The notes under the pieces were generated by a model that worked only from the letters and a program-made list of their open reading frames with translations, ran no database searches and was not told where the DNA came from. Shown piece after piece: positions 42,770 to 52,144 of a stretch of DNA of 64,000 nt. The stretch's first letter is position 1. Each line of letters starts with the position of its first letter. The translations under genes and the position numbers were made by a program. This DNA is from an uncultured Candidatus Entotheonella sp. (GTDB lineage: Bacteria; Tectomicrobia; Entotheonellia; Entotheonellales; Entotheonellaceae): NCBI GenBank assembly GCA_965215335.1, contig CBDCDA010000002.1, positions 128,001-192,000 of the forward strand, read 5' to 3'.

Positions 42770-45700
42770 ATGGAGAGGATCAACCCTGAAGGCGATTCGC
42801 ATCCACCGCCCGGCATGAACTTTTCCGCCGACCCAAACGCCGTCTCGGCGGTCGCCGAGGCGCATCGCCTCGCATACGGCCACCTCTTCAATCCGGTGTT
42901 CGCGACGGAAACATCGCTGATCGACCCGCTCCCGCATCAACGCATCGCCGTCTACGAGCACATGCTGGAGCAGGCGCCCCTGCGGTTCCTGCTGGCCGAC
43001 GACGCGGGCGCCGGCAAGACGATCATGACGGGCCTGTACGTGCGCGAGATGCTGTCTCGCCGACGCATCCGCCGCGTGCTCATCGTGCCGCCGGCCGGCC
43101 TGGTCGGCAACTGGGAACGGGAAATGAGAACCCTGTTTCGCTTGCCGTTCCATATCCTCGGCGGCGCGGACGCGCGAGCCGGTAATCCCTTCCTCGGTCC
43201 GGGGAGCGACGGGGCCATCGTCAGCCTCGACACCTTGGCCGGAGAGCGCATGTTCAACCGTCTCAGGGAGCCCCGAACCGAGCCCTATGACCTCGTCGTC
43301 TTCGACGAGGCGCACAAGCTCGCCGCCGACCGCCAGCCGGATTTCCGGGTGCGCAAGACGGACCGCTACAGGCTGGCGGAAGCCCTGGCCGGCGCCGAGG
43401 CAGACGGCGCGCGCTGGCAACTCCCCTGGTCGGCCCAACACCTGCTCCTGCTGACGGCGACGCCGCACATGGGCAAGGACTATCCATACTATTGCCTGTG
43501 GCGCCTGCTGCTGCCGGACACGCTCGCCACCTGCGACGCGTTCGAGGCCTTTCCGGATGGCTCGCGGCGACGGCATTTCATCCGCCGCAGCAAGGAGGAA
43601 ATGGTCCATATCGACGGCTCCCCGCTGCATCCCCAGCGCAACTGCGACACGCTCAGCTACGACCTCTCGCAGGGCCCGGCGAGCGAGCAGGAACTCTACG
43701 ACGACACGACGGCTTACATCCGGCATTCCTACAACCGGGCCGGCGTCCTGAACCGCTCCGCCGCCCGGTTGGCGATGAGTGTCTTCCAGCGTCGCCTCGC
43801 CAGCTCTACGTACGCCCTCGGACGCTCGTTCGAGCGGCGCGCGGAAAAGCTCGCCAGCTGGATCGACGATATTCGCAGCGGACGACTGACCGAGGAACAG
43901 CTGGCCCTGCGGCAGCGGCGTCTCGACGGTCTTGACGACGCCTTTGAAACACGGACGGCCGACGAGGCCCCCACGGGTGAAGACGGAGGCGAAGATGGCG
44001 AGGCGTTCGAGAACCAGGCGTTGGGCGGCACGGTGGCGGTCAGCCTGAGCGAACTGGAGGCGGAGCGTCGCCAGGTCGACGCCCTGCTCGGCAGGACGCG
44101 CCAGCTGCTCGACGCCGGCGAGGAGTCCAAGTTCGAGAAGCTGCGAGAGGTGCTCCGCGACCCGCAATATCTCAATGAGAAGCTCATCATTTTCACCGAG
44201 CACCGCGACACCGCGGAATTTCTGGTACGCCGCTTCGAAGGTCTCGGCTTCACCGATCAGGTCGCCCAGATCCACGGCGGCCTGTCTTACCAGGAGCGCG
44301 AGCGGCAGGTCGAATTTTTCCGCCGCCCGGCCGCCGAAGGCGGCGCCAGCTACCTGGTGGCCACCGACGCCGCCGGCGAGGGCATCAATTTGCAGTTCTG
44401 CTGGCTGATGGTGAATTACGATATTCCCTGGAACCCGGCGCGGCTGGAGCAGCGGATGGGCCGCATTCACCGCTACGGCCAGAAGCACGACCCGGTGATC
44501 ATCGTCAACCTGGTGGCCGGAAACACGCGCGAGGGACGGGTGTTGAAGACGCTGCTCGACAAGCTCGAGGCGATCCGCCGGCAGCTCCGATCCGACAAGG
44601 TATTCGACGTGGTGGGCCGTCTGTTTGAGGAACTGTCTATACGGGACTATCTCGAACAGGCGGTCACGGGGGATGACGACACCATTGCCGAGCGGTTGGC
44701 GGGCGACCTGACTACGGGCCAGGTGCGGGCTCTTGCGGAGAGAGAGCGGGTGCTTTTCGGGGAAGGCGGCGAGGTGCGCCAGCGGCTGGCTCATCTCAAC
44801 GACGAAGCGGAGCAGGAAACCTATCGCCGGCTGCTGCCCGGATACGTGCGCCGTTTCGTGGAAAAAGCCGCGCCGCTGCTCGACTTGCGTATCGAGGGCG
44901 ACCCGGGGGATCTCTTCACGCTGGTGCCTGACCGTCCCGCCGCCGCCGATGCCTTGCTGACCGCGCTGGAAACGTATTCCGAGCAGGCGCGCGACCGGCT
45001 GACGGTGTACAAACCGGCGAACCGGGACGACGCCGTCTGGATGCACCCTGGCGAGCCGGTATTCGACGGCCTCGCGGCGGCGCTCCTGGAGCGCTTCGGG
45101 CGCGACGGCCTTCAGGGCGCCGTGTTCATCGACCCTTATGCAACCGAGGCTTACCTGTTCCACCTCGTGCGGGTGTCCGTTGAACAGCACGGTCGGACCC
45201 ACGCCGGCCCGGCGGGTCCGTTGGATGGCCGCGGCGGTGAAACGGCCCCGAAGCCTCTTGAATCACGATTGATCGGGCTGCGCCAGACAAGCGAGGGCGT
45301 CATCGTGTCGTGCCCGGTCGAGCATCTGCTTCTGCTCAGGGGCGCCCGCGGCCTCGCGCCGAGCCGGGCACGCCTCGCCACCCTGGCGCGCGGCATGGCC
45401 ATCGATGCCGCCCGATTCGCGCGCGAGGACGTGAGCGAGCGCCTCGCGCGAGTCCATCGACAACGCCGCCTCGATGCTCTGCCCGCGCGTCTGGCATTCG
45501 TCAACCGCGGCTTCGACTTTCAGGCGGCAGAACTCGCGGCCGCCCGCTCCCGCCTCACCGAAACGGCCCGCACGGGCGCCACGCCGGCCCGCGTCCTCGG
45601 GGGACTCGCCAGGATCAAGGAACGGCAGCGGGGCTTGACGGACTCCCGCCGTCGCCGCCTCGCCGACCTGCGAGCCGAGCCGGACCACATCCGAGCCGGC

Positions 45701-46162
45701 GCGGTCGCCTTCCTCGTTCACGCCCTCGTGATGCCCGTTCAGGATTCCGAGGCGACCGAGCAATACGACGCCGATGTCGAGGCCATTGCCATGCAGGTCG
45801 CTGTCGCTCATGAGGCGAGCTTCGGCGCCGCGGTCGAGGACGTCTCGCGGCCCGAACTGGCGCGCCGCGCCGGGCTGCCCGACTGGCCGGGCTTCGATCT
45901 CAGGTCCCGCCGTCCCGCGCAGGAGCGGGCCATCGAGGTCAAGGGCCGCGCCACTTCCGGTAACGTCGAGATGAGCGACAACGAGTGGGCCAGAGCCTGC
46001 AATCTGCGCGATGCGTACTGGCTCTACGTCGTCTTCGACTGCGCCACGCCCCGACCGCGCCTGCTGCGGGTGCGCGACCCGTTTGGCAGACTGCTCGCGA
46101 GAGACCGCGAATCCGTCGTGTTCACCATCACACCGAGGGACGTCGTGGCGGCAGCGGAGTAG
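42770..46162 (+). CDS. SNF2-family helicase with C-terminal DUF3883 (PD-(D/E)xK) nuclease
   Basis: PLPHQ, LADDAGAGKT, FDEAHK, LTATPH, EGINLQ, QRMGRIHRYGQ; C-terminal GFDLRS...AIEVKGR...NEW...YWLYVV. Confidence 0.9.
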   Translation: MERINPEGDSHPPPGMNFSADPNAVSAVAEAHRLAYGHLFNPVFATETSLIDPLPHQRIAVYEHMLEQAPLRFLLADDAGAGKTIMTGLYVREMLSRRRIRRVLIVPPAGLVGNWEREMRTLFRLPFHILGGADARAGNPFLGPGSDGAIVSLDTLAGERMFNRLREPRTEPYDLVVFDEAHKLAADRQPDFRVRKTDRYRLAEALAGAEADGARWQLPWSAQHLLLLTATPHMGKDYPYYCLWRLLLPDTLATCDAFEAFPDGSRRRHFIRRSKEEMVHIDGSPLHPQRNCDTLSYDLSQGPASEQELYDDTTAYIRHSYNRAGVLNRSAARLAMSVFQRRLASSTYALGRSFERRAEKLASWIDDIRSGRLTEEQLALRQRRLDGLDDAFETRTADEAPTGEDGGEDGEAFENQALGGTVAVSLSELEAERRQVDALLGRTRQLLDAGEESKFEKLREVLRDPQYLNEKLIIFTEHRDTAEFLVRRFEGLGFTDQVAQIHGGLSYQERERQVEFFRRPAAEGGASYLVATDAAGEGINLQFCWLMVNYDIPWNPARLEQRMGRIHRYGQKHDPVIIVNLVAGNTREGRVLKTLLDKLEAIRRQLRSDKVFDVVGRLFEELSIRDYLEQAVTGDDDTIAERLAGDLTTGQVRALAERERVLFGEGGEVRQRLAHLNDEAEQETYRRLLPGYVRRFVEKAAPLLDLRIEGDPGDLFTLVPDRPAAADALLTALETYSEQARDRLTVYKPANRDDAVWMHPGEPVFDGLAAALLERFGRDGLQGAVFIDPYATEAYLFHLVRVSVEQHGRTHAGPAGPLDGRGGETAPKPLESRLIGLRQTSEGVIVSCPVEHLLLLRGARGLAPSRARLATLARGMAIDAARFAREDVSERLARVHRQRRLDALPARLAFVNRGFDFQAAELAAARSRLTETARTGATPARVLGGLARIKERQRGLTDSRRRRLADLRAEPDHIRAGAVAFLVHALVMPVQDSEATEQYDADVEAIAMQVAVAHEASFGAAVEDVSRPELARRAGLPDWPGFDLRSRRPAQERAIEVKGRATSGNVEMSDNEWARACNLRDAYWLYVVFDCATPRPRLLRVRDPFGRLLARDRESVVFTITPRDVVAAAE

Positions 46163-46191
46163 GCCAGGGGAGTATCGGCGGGAGGCAGGAT

Positions 46192-46528
46192 ATGGGCCGG
46201 GCGGCGTGGACCGAAGTGGACAGATTTGCCGACTGGTCATATCCTGATCCGCGTATCGAGCGATGGCTACTGCTCGAAGGCGCGGCCTGCAAGGCTGTGT
46301 TCGGCAGGGGCTGCGCCGCGCCCGATCGGAAATGCGACCGGGGGCCGTTACAAACGGCAGCTGGTCGAGGCTATTCATGCCACGGGAACAACACCCCTGC
46401 TCGGAGGTATCGAGTATGCGCAAGCTGTCGTGCAGCAGATGAATATCGACCGTGCCGTGCACGTGGATCCGTCCTTCAGGCGCTTTGTGACGGCGTTGCG
46501 CGGCACATTTCAGGGGTGGCAGCCATGA
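46192..46528 (+). pseudogene. Truncated, frameshifted small gene (possibly DUF4276-like C-terminal fragment)
   Basis: PDPRIERWLLL...CAAPDRKCDR continues as RYKRQLVEAI...LGGIEYA...DPSFRRFV after removing one G from the G-run at 46340-46344; stop overlaps the MTase ATG (ATGA). Confidence 0.5.
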
Positions 46529-49500
46529 CCCCCGACGACAGACGCCTCATCGAAGTCGCCTTTCCCCTCAAACAGGTATCCCTCGACGCCGTGCACGAGA
46601 AGAACGTGCGGCACGGGCACATCTCCACCTTGCACATCTGGCCGGCGCGGCGACCGTTGGCGGCGGCGCGGGCGGCGTTGATTGCGACGCTGCTTCCCGA
46701 TCCGGGCAATGCCGGGGAACGCAAGGCGCTTCTGGATCGCATGGCCGGCCGCGTGATAGAGACGAGTGAACGCAGGCGGGTGAACGGGCGGGTGGTCGAG
46801 AGGACCAAGGAAGAGACGGCCGGCGGCATCCTGCACTGGGGGCGCGAGAACGGGCCGGACCTCGAATGGTTCCGCGCACAGATTCGCAAGGCGTACGGCG
46901 GTCGGGCGCCGAAGGTGCTGGACCCGTTCGCGGGCGGCGGCGCCATTCCGCTGGAAGCGATGCGCCTGGGGTGCGAGGTGACCGCCATGGACCTCAACCC
47001 GGTGGCCTGGTTCATCCTCAAGTGCACCCTCGAATACCCGCAGAAGCTCGCCGGCCAGACGCGCCCGCTGCCGGCGTTCGCGCTGGCGGATGGCGACTTC
47101 ATGGCGGCGTTCCTGAAAGCCAAAGGGCTCAAGGGCGCCGGCCTGCGGACGGCCCTGCAGCGGTTCGGTCACGGCGACGGCGACAAGACTGAACTCGGTC
47201 TGTTGCCCCTCGAGGAGGCGCTGGTCGAAGCGGACCTTGCCTGGCATGTGCGTGCCTGGGGCCGCTGGGTGCTGGCCAAGGCGCGTGCCGAACTGGCGTC
47301 GTTCTATCCCGCCTATGCCGAGTGCGGGACACTCGATCACTCCCCCCTTGAGGGGGAGTCGGCGAGACAAGGGCGTAGCCCGCAGGCGAGCCGGTGGGGG
47401 GAATCCGCGCCGGGCGATGAGCCGCTCGAGCGCCTGCGGCTCCTGGAGCCGGACGCCGAGGGCAAAACCGACGCCGGGCCGCTGAATGCGGGCTTCGATT
47501 CGACCTGGCTGGCGGACCTGCGCAACCCGCGCTGGATCGCCAAGCCGATGGTGGCCTGTCTCTGGGCACGCACCGTGACCTGCAAGCAGTGCCGCGCCAC
47601 CCTGCCGCTGCTCAAGACGCGCTGGCTGTGCAGGAAAGACCGCAAGCGCGTGCTGCTGACGCTGGAACCGGATGCCGACCGCGGCGGTGTTGTCTTCGGC
47701 GTGTGGACCGGGCCGCCGCAAAACGGCGGCAACGCGGCGCAGCGACGGGCGCACGACCAGCGCCTCGGCGCCGGCACCATGTCGCGCACCGGCGCCACCT
47801 GCCCGTGCTGCGGCGCCATCACGACGATGGCGGACATCCGGTTTGAAGGCCGCGCCGGCCGCCTGGGCGCGGTCATGACGGCCGTGGTGGTGGATGGACC
47901 GAAAGGCAAGGAATACCGCGTGCCGACGGACCACGAGCGGGCGGTGGCGGAAGTGACCGAAGAATCGCTTCAGGCGCTCTACACGGACATTCCGTTCGGG
48001 TTGCCGGAGGAGCCCTTGCCGAGCAAGGAGGCGCTCGGTTTTCGTGTTCCTCTCTACGGCTTCGACATGTGGCGGAAGCTGTTCACGAATCGGCAGTTGT
48101 TGGCGCTTGGGGGGTTCGTTCACACCCTGCGCGCCATGTCGAATCAACTCACCGATTACCCGGTAACATGGAAAGAGGCTCTGGTTGCCATGTGCGCGCC
48201 CATCATCAGCCGCATGGCTGACCGGGGCAGCACCTTGGCGACATGGACCAACAATCCCGAAAAAATCAGGAGTACGTTTGCACGGTTCGCATTGCCGATT
48301 ACATGGGATTTCTCCGAGTCTGCGCCGCTTTCGGATACCACGGGAGGATTCGTACAAGCTGTCGATTGGGTATTCAAGGTATGCGAGCATCTGCAAGAAA
48401 GCGTCGATTCAGCCCGGAGTGGAGAGATCATTTGTGCATCCGCCATTGCCTGCCCAATCGACAGCGTCGACCTGATCCTGACCGACCCACCGTACTACGA
48501 TGCCATCCCGTATTCCGATCTCATGGACTTCTTCCATGTCTGGCTGAGGCGTACGATTGCGGGATTGTCCGCCGAAGTCGAGGCGATCTTCTCCGATGCC
48601 CTTGGCCCCAAGTGGGATCACGACACCGGCGACGGCGAACTCATCGACGACGCCAGCCGATTCGACGGCGACAAGGAGCGCTCCAGGCAGAACTATGAAA
48701 ACGGCATGGCCAGAGCGTTTCAGGCTTGCTACGCAGCGTTGCGGGCGGACGGGCGGCTCGTGGTCGTGTTCGCCAACAAGCATCCCGATGCATGGGAGAC
48801 CCTGGTGGCCGCTCTGATTCGGGCCGGCTTTGTGGTGTACGGCTCCTGGCCCATCCAGACGGAGATGGGCAATCGTAACCGAGCGATTGCCTCCGCCGCC
48901 TTGTCGTCTTCAATCTGGATCGTCTGCAAGAAGCGCCCCGCCGCCCGGCCCGGCTGGGACAACATCGTCCTCGGTGAGATGCGCGACAACATCACCCGGC
49001 AACTCCGCGACTTCTGGGACGCCGGCATTCGCGGCCCGGACTTCGTGTGGGCGGCGACCGGCCCGGCCCTGGAAGCCTTCAGCAAGCATCCGGTGGTCAA
49101 GAAGGCGAACGACCCGCACCAATTGATGACCGTCTCGGCGTTCCTGCGCGAGGTGCGGCGCATGGTCGTCGATTTCGTCGTCGGTCGCGTGCTGACCCGG
49201 GACGCCGGGCAGGACACCGCCACCGGCCTCGACGACGTGACCACCTACTACCTGCTGCATCGCCACGACTTCGGCATGGACGAAGCGCCCGTCGGCGGCT
49301 GCATCCTCTACGCCCTCTCCTGCAACCTCTCCGACGCCGCCCTGATCAATCAGCACGACCTCCTGGCGCAATCGGGCAAGGAGAAAGATGGCGAACTCGA
49401 AACGGACGGCCTGCCCGAGGAGGCGGAAGGAACGGGCGGTGGCGCCAAGGTCAAGCTGAAGCCCTGGCACCGGCGGCAGGGCCGCAACCTCGGCCTCGAA

Positions 49501-49791
49501 GCGCCGGGCGGGCGCCCCGCCCCGCTCATCGACCAGGTCCACAAGCTCATGCACCTCTGGCGCGCCGGCGACCAGGTCAAGGTCGACGACTACCTCGACA
49601 GCCGCGGCCTTCAGCGCACTGCCCTGTTCAATCAGCTCCTCCAGGCGCTCATCGAACTGGCCAGGGGCGGTTCCGACGAGCGCTCCCTCCTCGAAGCCCT
49701 GAGCAACCACGCCGCCGCCCGTGGCGACGTGCAGGCGCCGAGGCAGGGGCGGCTACAGTTGAGGGATGCCGGCTCGCGCGCATCCATCTGA
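46525..49791 (+). CDS. DUF1156-domain adenine-specific DNA methyltransferase
   Basis: RRLIEVAFPL...LHIWPARRPLAAARA, motif I DPFAGGGAIP, Zn ribbon CKQC/CPCC, motif IV TDPPYYD. Confidence 0.9.
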   Translation: MTPDDRRLIEVAFPLKQVSLDAVHEKNVRHGHISTLHIWPARRPLAAARAALIATLLPDPGNAGERKALLDRMAGRVIETSERRRVNGRVVERTKEETAGGILHWGRENGPDLEWFRAQIRKAYGGRAPKVLDPFAGGGAIPLEAMRLGCEVTAMDLNPVAWFILKCTLEYPQKLAGQTRPLPAFALADGDFMAAFLKAKGLKGAGLRTALQRFGHGDGDKTELGLLPLEEALVEADLAWHVRAWGRWVLAKARAELASFYPAYAECGTLDHSPLEGESARQGRSPQASRWGESAPGDEPLERLRLLEPDAEGKTDAGPLNAGFDSTWLADLRNPRWIAKPMVACLWARTVTCKQCRATLPLLKTRWLCRKDRKRVLLTLEPDADRGGVVFGVWTGPPQNGGNAAQRRAHDQRLGAGTMSRTGATCPCCGAITTMADIRFEGRAGRLGAVMTAVVVDGPKGKEYRVPTDHERAVAEVTEESLQALYTDIPFGLPEEPLPSKEALGFRVPLYGFDMWRKLFTNRQLLALGGFVHTLRAMSNQLTDYPVTWKEALVAMCAPIISRMADRGSTLATWTNNPEKIRSTFARFALPITWDFSESAPLSDTTGGFVQAVDWVFKVCEHLQESVDSARSGEIICASAIACPIDSVDLILTDPPYYDAIPYSDLMDFFHVWLRRTIAGLSAEVEAIFSDALGPKWDHDTGDGELIDDASRFDGDKERSRQNYENGMARAFQACYAALRADGRLVVVFANKHPDAWETLVAALIRAGFVVYGSWPIQTEMGNRNRAIASAALSSSIWIVCKKRPAARPGWDNIVLGEMRDNITRQLRDFWDAGIRGPDFVWAATGPALEAFSKHPVVKKANDPHQLMTVSAFLREVRRMVVDFVVGRVLTRDAGQDTATGLDDVTTYYLLHRHDFGMDEAPVGGCILYALSCNLSDAALINQHDLLAQSGKEKDGELETDGLPEEAEGTGGGAKVKLKPWHRRQGRNLGLEAPGGRPAPLIDQVHKLMHLWRAGDQVKVDDYLDSRGLQRTALFNQLLQALIELARGGSDERSLLEALSNHAAARGDVQAPRQGRLQLRDAGSRASI
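47337..47403 (+). repeat. Palindromic repeat copy 1, in frame inside the MTase
   Basis: TCACTCCCCCCTTGAGGGGGAGTCGGCGAGACAAGGGCGTAGCCCGCAGGCGAG matches 57798-57852 (5 substitutions + 1 indel over 55 nt). Confidence 0.85.
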
Positions 49792-49915
49792 AATTTCTTG
49801 GCCAGACAGGACAAACGGGGGCGAGAAGGAAGGAGAACAGGCAATGGCGAACGGGGGACAGCGATTATCCCTTGGCGTTGCGGTGCGGGTACATCCATGA
49901 ACCAGTGAGGACGAC

Positions 49916-51679
49916 ATGACAACGCAATCTTCCCGGATGCCGTGGCACGAGGTCGTGCAGCTGCGCGACGACCTGAAGAGTGGCGAACTGTCGCTGGCGG
50001 TATTTGCGGCCGACCTGTACGACGTGGTCATGCAGAAGGGCCAGCGGCCGGTATACGAGCATCCCGGCGAGTTCTTTGCCCTCACCTACCCGACTTACAA
50101 TCTGCGGGAATTGGTCAAGGACGTGGCTCTGCGCCTGGCCGGCCAAAGCGACAAGGCGTACCGAAAGCTGTCGGTGAACTACGGCGGCGGCAAGACCCAC
50201 GTCCCGTGGCCAAACGGTTCATCGACGAGACGACCGCTGCCGACCGCCCCCGGGTCCATCGTAACGCCATCGTCCTCGCCGTGCCTTCCAGAGATGGCCT
50301 CGACGCGGCGCGCATGCGGGTTCGGGCGTATCTCGGTTGGGAGGAGGTTCGCGGTCAACTCAAGGATCAACCGATCGATCCGATCCGTGAGCAGATGCTC
50401 GCCAATGAGACAGAGGCGGCGAGACGGCGTATCCCGGAGGCCCTTCGACAGGCATACTCCCTGGTTGTCACCGTCAACGAGCGCAATGACGTCCACGCCT
50501 TCAAAGTCGTGGTGGACGATGCCCCCCTGTTCACCATCATCAAGACCAGCAGGCAAGCCCGCATCCAGGAAACCGCCATCAGCTCGGAGGCGATGCTGCC
50601 GGGCGGCCCCTACGACTTGTGGCGGCAGGGGGAACCGTCCCGGCGAGTCAAGGATCTGGTCGGCGCTTTCGCGCAGTTCCCGAAACTGCCCAAAATGCTG
50701 CGTCACAGGGAGATTCTCAATACCGTGGTGCAAGGGGTCGAGCAAGGCATCTGGGTGGCGCGGGTCGTGCGTCCGGACCGGACGACCAGGACCTTCTGGC
50801 GCACGGCTGTCGACGAACCGGCCCTCAAGGACGCCGGTCTGGAAGTCGTGCTGCCCGAGGCGGCCACGCTGAGCGAACTGGCACCCGACCTGCTCGAGCA
50901 TGAAAAATTGCCGGGGCTATGGCCGGCGGTAGCGATCGGCGTGCAGGACGTGTACGACTACTTCGCCGGCGGTCATGCCGTGAGTCTGCCAAGGGAGGGC
51001 TACGAAGAAACGCTCACCATCCCGAAATGCGAACCGGCCCGGGTCGAAACCGCCATTCTGCAAGCCGTCGCACAGGGGCGGGTGTGGTTGACGAACGGAC
51101 CGGCCTCGATTCTCAAGGAGCCCGTCCCCGCTGGCGTGCTTGGCGCCGCCGCGACCTTGCGGCGGCCACCCGAGCGGGTCGACGTTGCCGAGATGATGGC
51201 CGATTCGGTCCCCGATGCCTGGGAAAGACGGCCAGACCAACGCCCTCGCCCTCGCCACCGCGCTGTCGACCCGGCAGGGTGTCACCCTGCCCTGGACCAC
51301 CGTGCGGTCGGCGATAGAAGATGGTATCCGCGCACGATGGATCGAGTTGGCCAGCGACTCCGCCTCGTGGCCGTGTGACCTGGCCGGCTCCCGGCACGCG
51401 ATCCTGCAAGTCCCGACTGGGCAAGGCATTCGTGAAGGTGAAGGAGCACCCTGCCAACCCAGGCCACGCGGGCTGCTCGGTGCCCAAGCTGTCCTGGAAG
51501 CCCACGGCATTCAGGACTTGGCCGATCAGATTCCAGCCATAACCAAAGCCGCGGTGGGCAGCACCCTCCGGTTCAACGTTCGCATCGAATTCGAGGGAGA
51601 TCCCGCCCCTGACATGAAGGTGGTGGAAACCATCAACGCGCTGCTTTCCAAGGTCTCCGAAGATTTGAAGATTGGTTGA
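49916..51679 (+). pseudogene. DUF499-family AAA+ ATPase, internally deleted and frameshifted
   Basis: PWHEVVQLRDDL...FAADLYDV...FFALTYPT...YGGGKTH, frame change at ~50200 into the C-terminal region (RNAIVLAVP), second frame change at ~51223; no Walker B seen. Confidence 0.8.
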
Positions 51680-51785
51680 GACTGGGATTTCAGGCCGCCA
51701 CGTCCGGGCGTCTGGGTTGAAGTGCAGGCGCCGAATGTGGTAGGGTGACACGGCAATTGGCCATCTTCCAAGTGCAGGAGAAACG

Positions 51786-52127
51786 ATGATTACGTACAGG
51801 TGCATCGTACAAGAGGGTTGCATTCCCCTCGCTATCCGTCCCCGCCTCGCCTCTGGCTTGGCGGGCATAACCGCCGAGGTTCTTGGCGCGGCGCCGGATG
51901 ACGTGCAGGTCGAATTCAACGAGATAGCGCACGGTGCCGGATACCGTGGCGGCGAACTGTCCACCACATCGCTGGTACGCGGTGCCATTCCGCCGGGCTG
52001 CGAACAGCCGGTGCGCGAGCAGCTGCTGATGAAAATATGCGACATGTGGTGTGAGGTAACGGGCTGCGGCATTGATGAAGTTGTTGTCAATGCCAGCGAT
52101 CAGGGCTACGTCCCTAATGTCTACTAA
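51786..52127 (+). CDS. Tautomerase-superfamily-like protein lacking Pro-1
   Basis: Duplicated beta-alpha-beta pattern resembling the downstream gene; AGGAG SD. Confidence 0.55.
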   Translation: MITYRCIVQEGCIPLAIRPRLASGLAGITAEVLGAAPDDVQVEFNEIAHGAGYRGGELSTTSLVRGAIPPGCEQPVREQLLMKICDMWCEVTGCGIDEVVVNASDQGYVPNVY

Positions 52128-52144
52128 CGAGGAAAGGACTTGTC

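Noticed and set aside
42503..45202. 899-aa minus-strand ORF
   Set aside because: Antisense shadow of the SNF2 helicase.
45985..46524. 1268-aa MTase ORF starting at 45985
   Set aside because: It overlaps the helicase 3' end; the DUF1156 N-terminus begins at ATG 46525 with an ATGA overlap, and the extension is read-through of a frameshifted gene.
42757..51785. Prophage or integrative element with att sites
   Set aside because: No integrase, phage genes or flanking direct repeats seen.
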